From the NCBI GenBank assembly GCA_040954595.2, contig CM082579.2:14732550-14796549 (forward strand): 64,000 nucleotides of DNA, in the 5' to 3' direction. The notes beneath the pieces are model-generated. The model ran no database searches. It was not told where the DNA came from and worked only from the letters and a program-made list of their open reading frames with translations. This stretch comes from Balanoglossus misakiensis. Taxonomy: Eukaryota; Animalia; Hemichordata. Of the stretch, positions 62,721 through 64,000 are shown one piece after another (position 1 is the first letter of the stretch; every line of letters starts with the position of its first letter). The position numbers and the translations under genes were made by a program.

Positions 62721-63812
62721 GGATGTTTTGTCGCCTTTGTACAAAACACAAGCAGAAGGCCAAGTGCGGAGGGACTTGGGTTACAACATCTCCATGTACA
62801 TGTACCACCCTTCGCGAAGACAAACTCAAGCAGCATGAAGAGACAATTATCGACCGGGCGGCAATGCAGCTTGACGCCGAGGCAGCAGTTATCGAGAACA
62901 GCAGCGGTCTTGTGGCTGCATTTGACAAGGTCATCACCTTTGAGACGCAAGCCTTCATGCATCGGCGTCCTACGATGCATGTATTTTCTCATGCACAGAG
63001 AATTGCCGCACACCACCAACTTCATCCATGTTTTGGAATTGGCAAAGTCCCTCGGGTGTTCATTCCTTGGTACTCTCAGCAGTGATGACCACAACTATAA
63101 TGGTTTATTGCATTGGTAAGTAGGTCTACTGATTTTTGTGCAGATCTAAATTGTAGGCAATGTAGTAACATTTATTTAAACCTGGTTGTTTTCAAGAAAG
63201 GATCACTGTTTAAGCAATAGTGTTACACTCAATAAATAATAATTACTGTACAAATTACTGTGAATTTTGATAAGTTTAATCTGAAGAGTAATTTTCATTT
63301 ATTTCATTTTTCAGGCAAAGTCATCCGTGATGAGATTTTAGAGAAGATGAAAGGAAGTAACTTCTATTCACTGTTAATAGATGAAAACAACTGATGTGGC
63401 TGTATTGAAGCAATTAATCATCTATTCCAAGTACACCTTGAAGTCTGGGAAGTCAGTTGTGTCTTTCCTTGGAGTTAAAGAAGTAAGTGGAAAGTTTTTC
63501 AATTTTTAAGTCTACACTGAATTAAAAACATACGATTAAACATGTTTTTGAGTGACCTCATTTAATTGATTTTGCTGACTAGTTATTTCAGGTGAGACAA
63601 ACATTGAGTTGTACATTGCATGTGTTAACATCAAGGTTTTATTTTCACTGTTTTAGGTTGGTGATGGCAGAGCAGACACCATTGCACAGTCAGTGAAGGA
63701 GTTTTCTTCAGAGAATGGTATTGTCTTAAGAGATCGTCTGTCTGCTTTGGGCAGTGATGGTGCTCCTGTTATGCTAGGACAGAAAGGAGGGGTGGCTACC
63801 AAACTAAAAAAA
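62721..63812 (+). pseudogene. intron-containing hAT transposase (ZNF862-like), frameshifted, runs off the window end
   Basis: Exons 62721-63115 (GMFCRLC...LREDKLKQHE zinc finger; LRCMYFLMHRELPHTTNF), 63315-63482 (FYSLLIDE/TTDVAVLKQLIIY) and 63657-63812 (LSALGSDGAPVMLGQKGGVATKLK); GT-AG junctions; frameshifts at ~62958 and ~63385. Confidence 0.85.
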
Positions 63813-64000
63813 GTGAGTGAAATTTTGAGTTGTGAAGACATTGTGATTTTGTAAGTTTTTAGTTGGTGTCTTTATATCGTGACAATAATAATAGTAATAA
63901 TTAAAGCTGCAAGCAGCATTGAAGGGGCCCAAGCATAGAGATAATAACCATTAGACTCCATTCAGGGTTGTACCATTCAATTGCGTAGGCTGTATTTGCT

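Overview
AT-rich, intron-containing animal genomic DNA; the repeat spectrum suggests a marine invertebrate (inference). Main contents: (1) a multi-exon + strand uninflatable(uif)-like gene (C-type lectin-CUB-CUB-CUB-Sushi x3-4-cbEGF x2) at 3168-15172 that looks disabled: in-frame TGA at a conserved CUB Trp, a lost splice donor and several apparently missing exons; (2) a 13-kb two-monomer satellite (90 bp and 74/75 bp units, about 151 monomers by my count) at 16007-29068 that explains all the giant ORFs in the track; (3) minisatellites at 29.5-31.8 kb; (4) many non-autonomous DNA transposons (TA-, TAA-, TTAA-, 7-, 9- and 10-bp TSD types, DINE-1/Helentron-like elements, a LINE 3' end, a 4-kb foldback element with ~170-bp subrepeats); (5) a 3-3.8 kb local duplication holding paired minus-strand mini-exons with mutually complementary cores; (6) a frameshifted terminal exon of a UBE2J1-like gene (minus strand); (7) a spliced but frameshifted hAT (ZNF862-like) transposase at the right end. 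The most unusual signals are long hairpins whose internal loops are systematically GA/GA with GNA-type caps, and the complementary mini-exon pairs. All homology calls come from motif recognition, not database searches.
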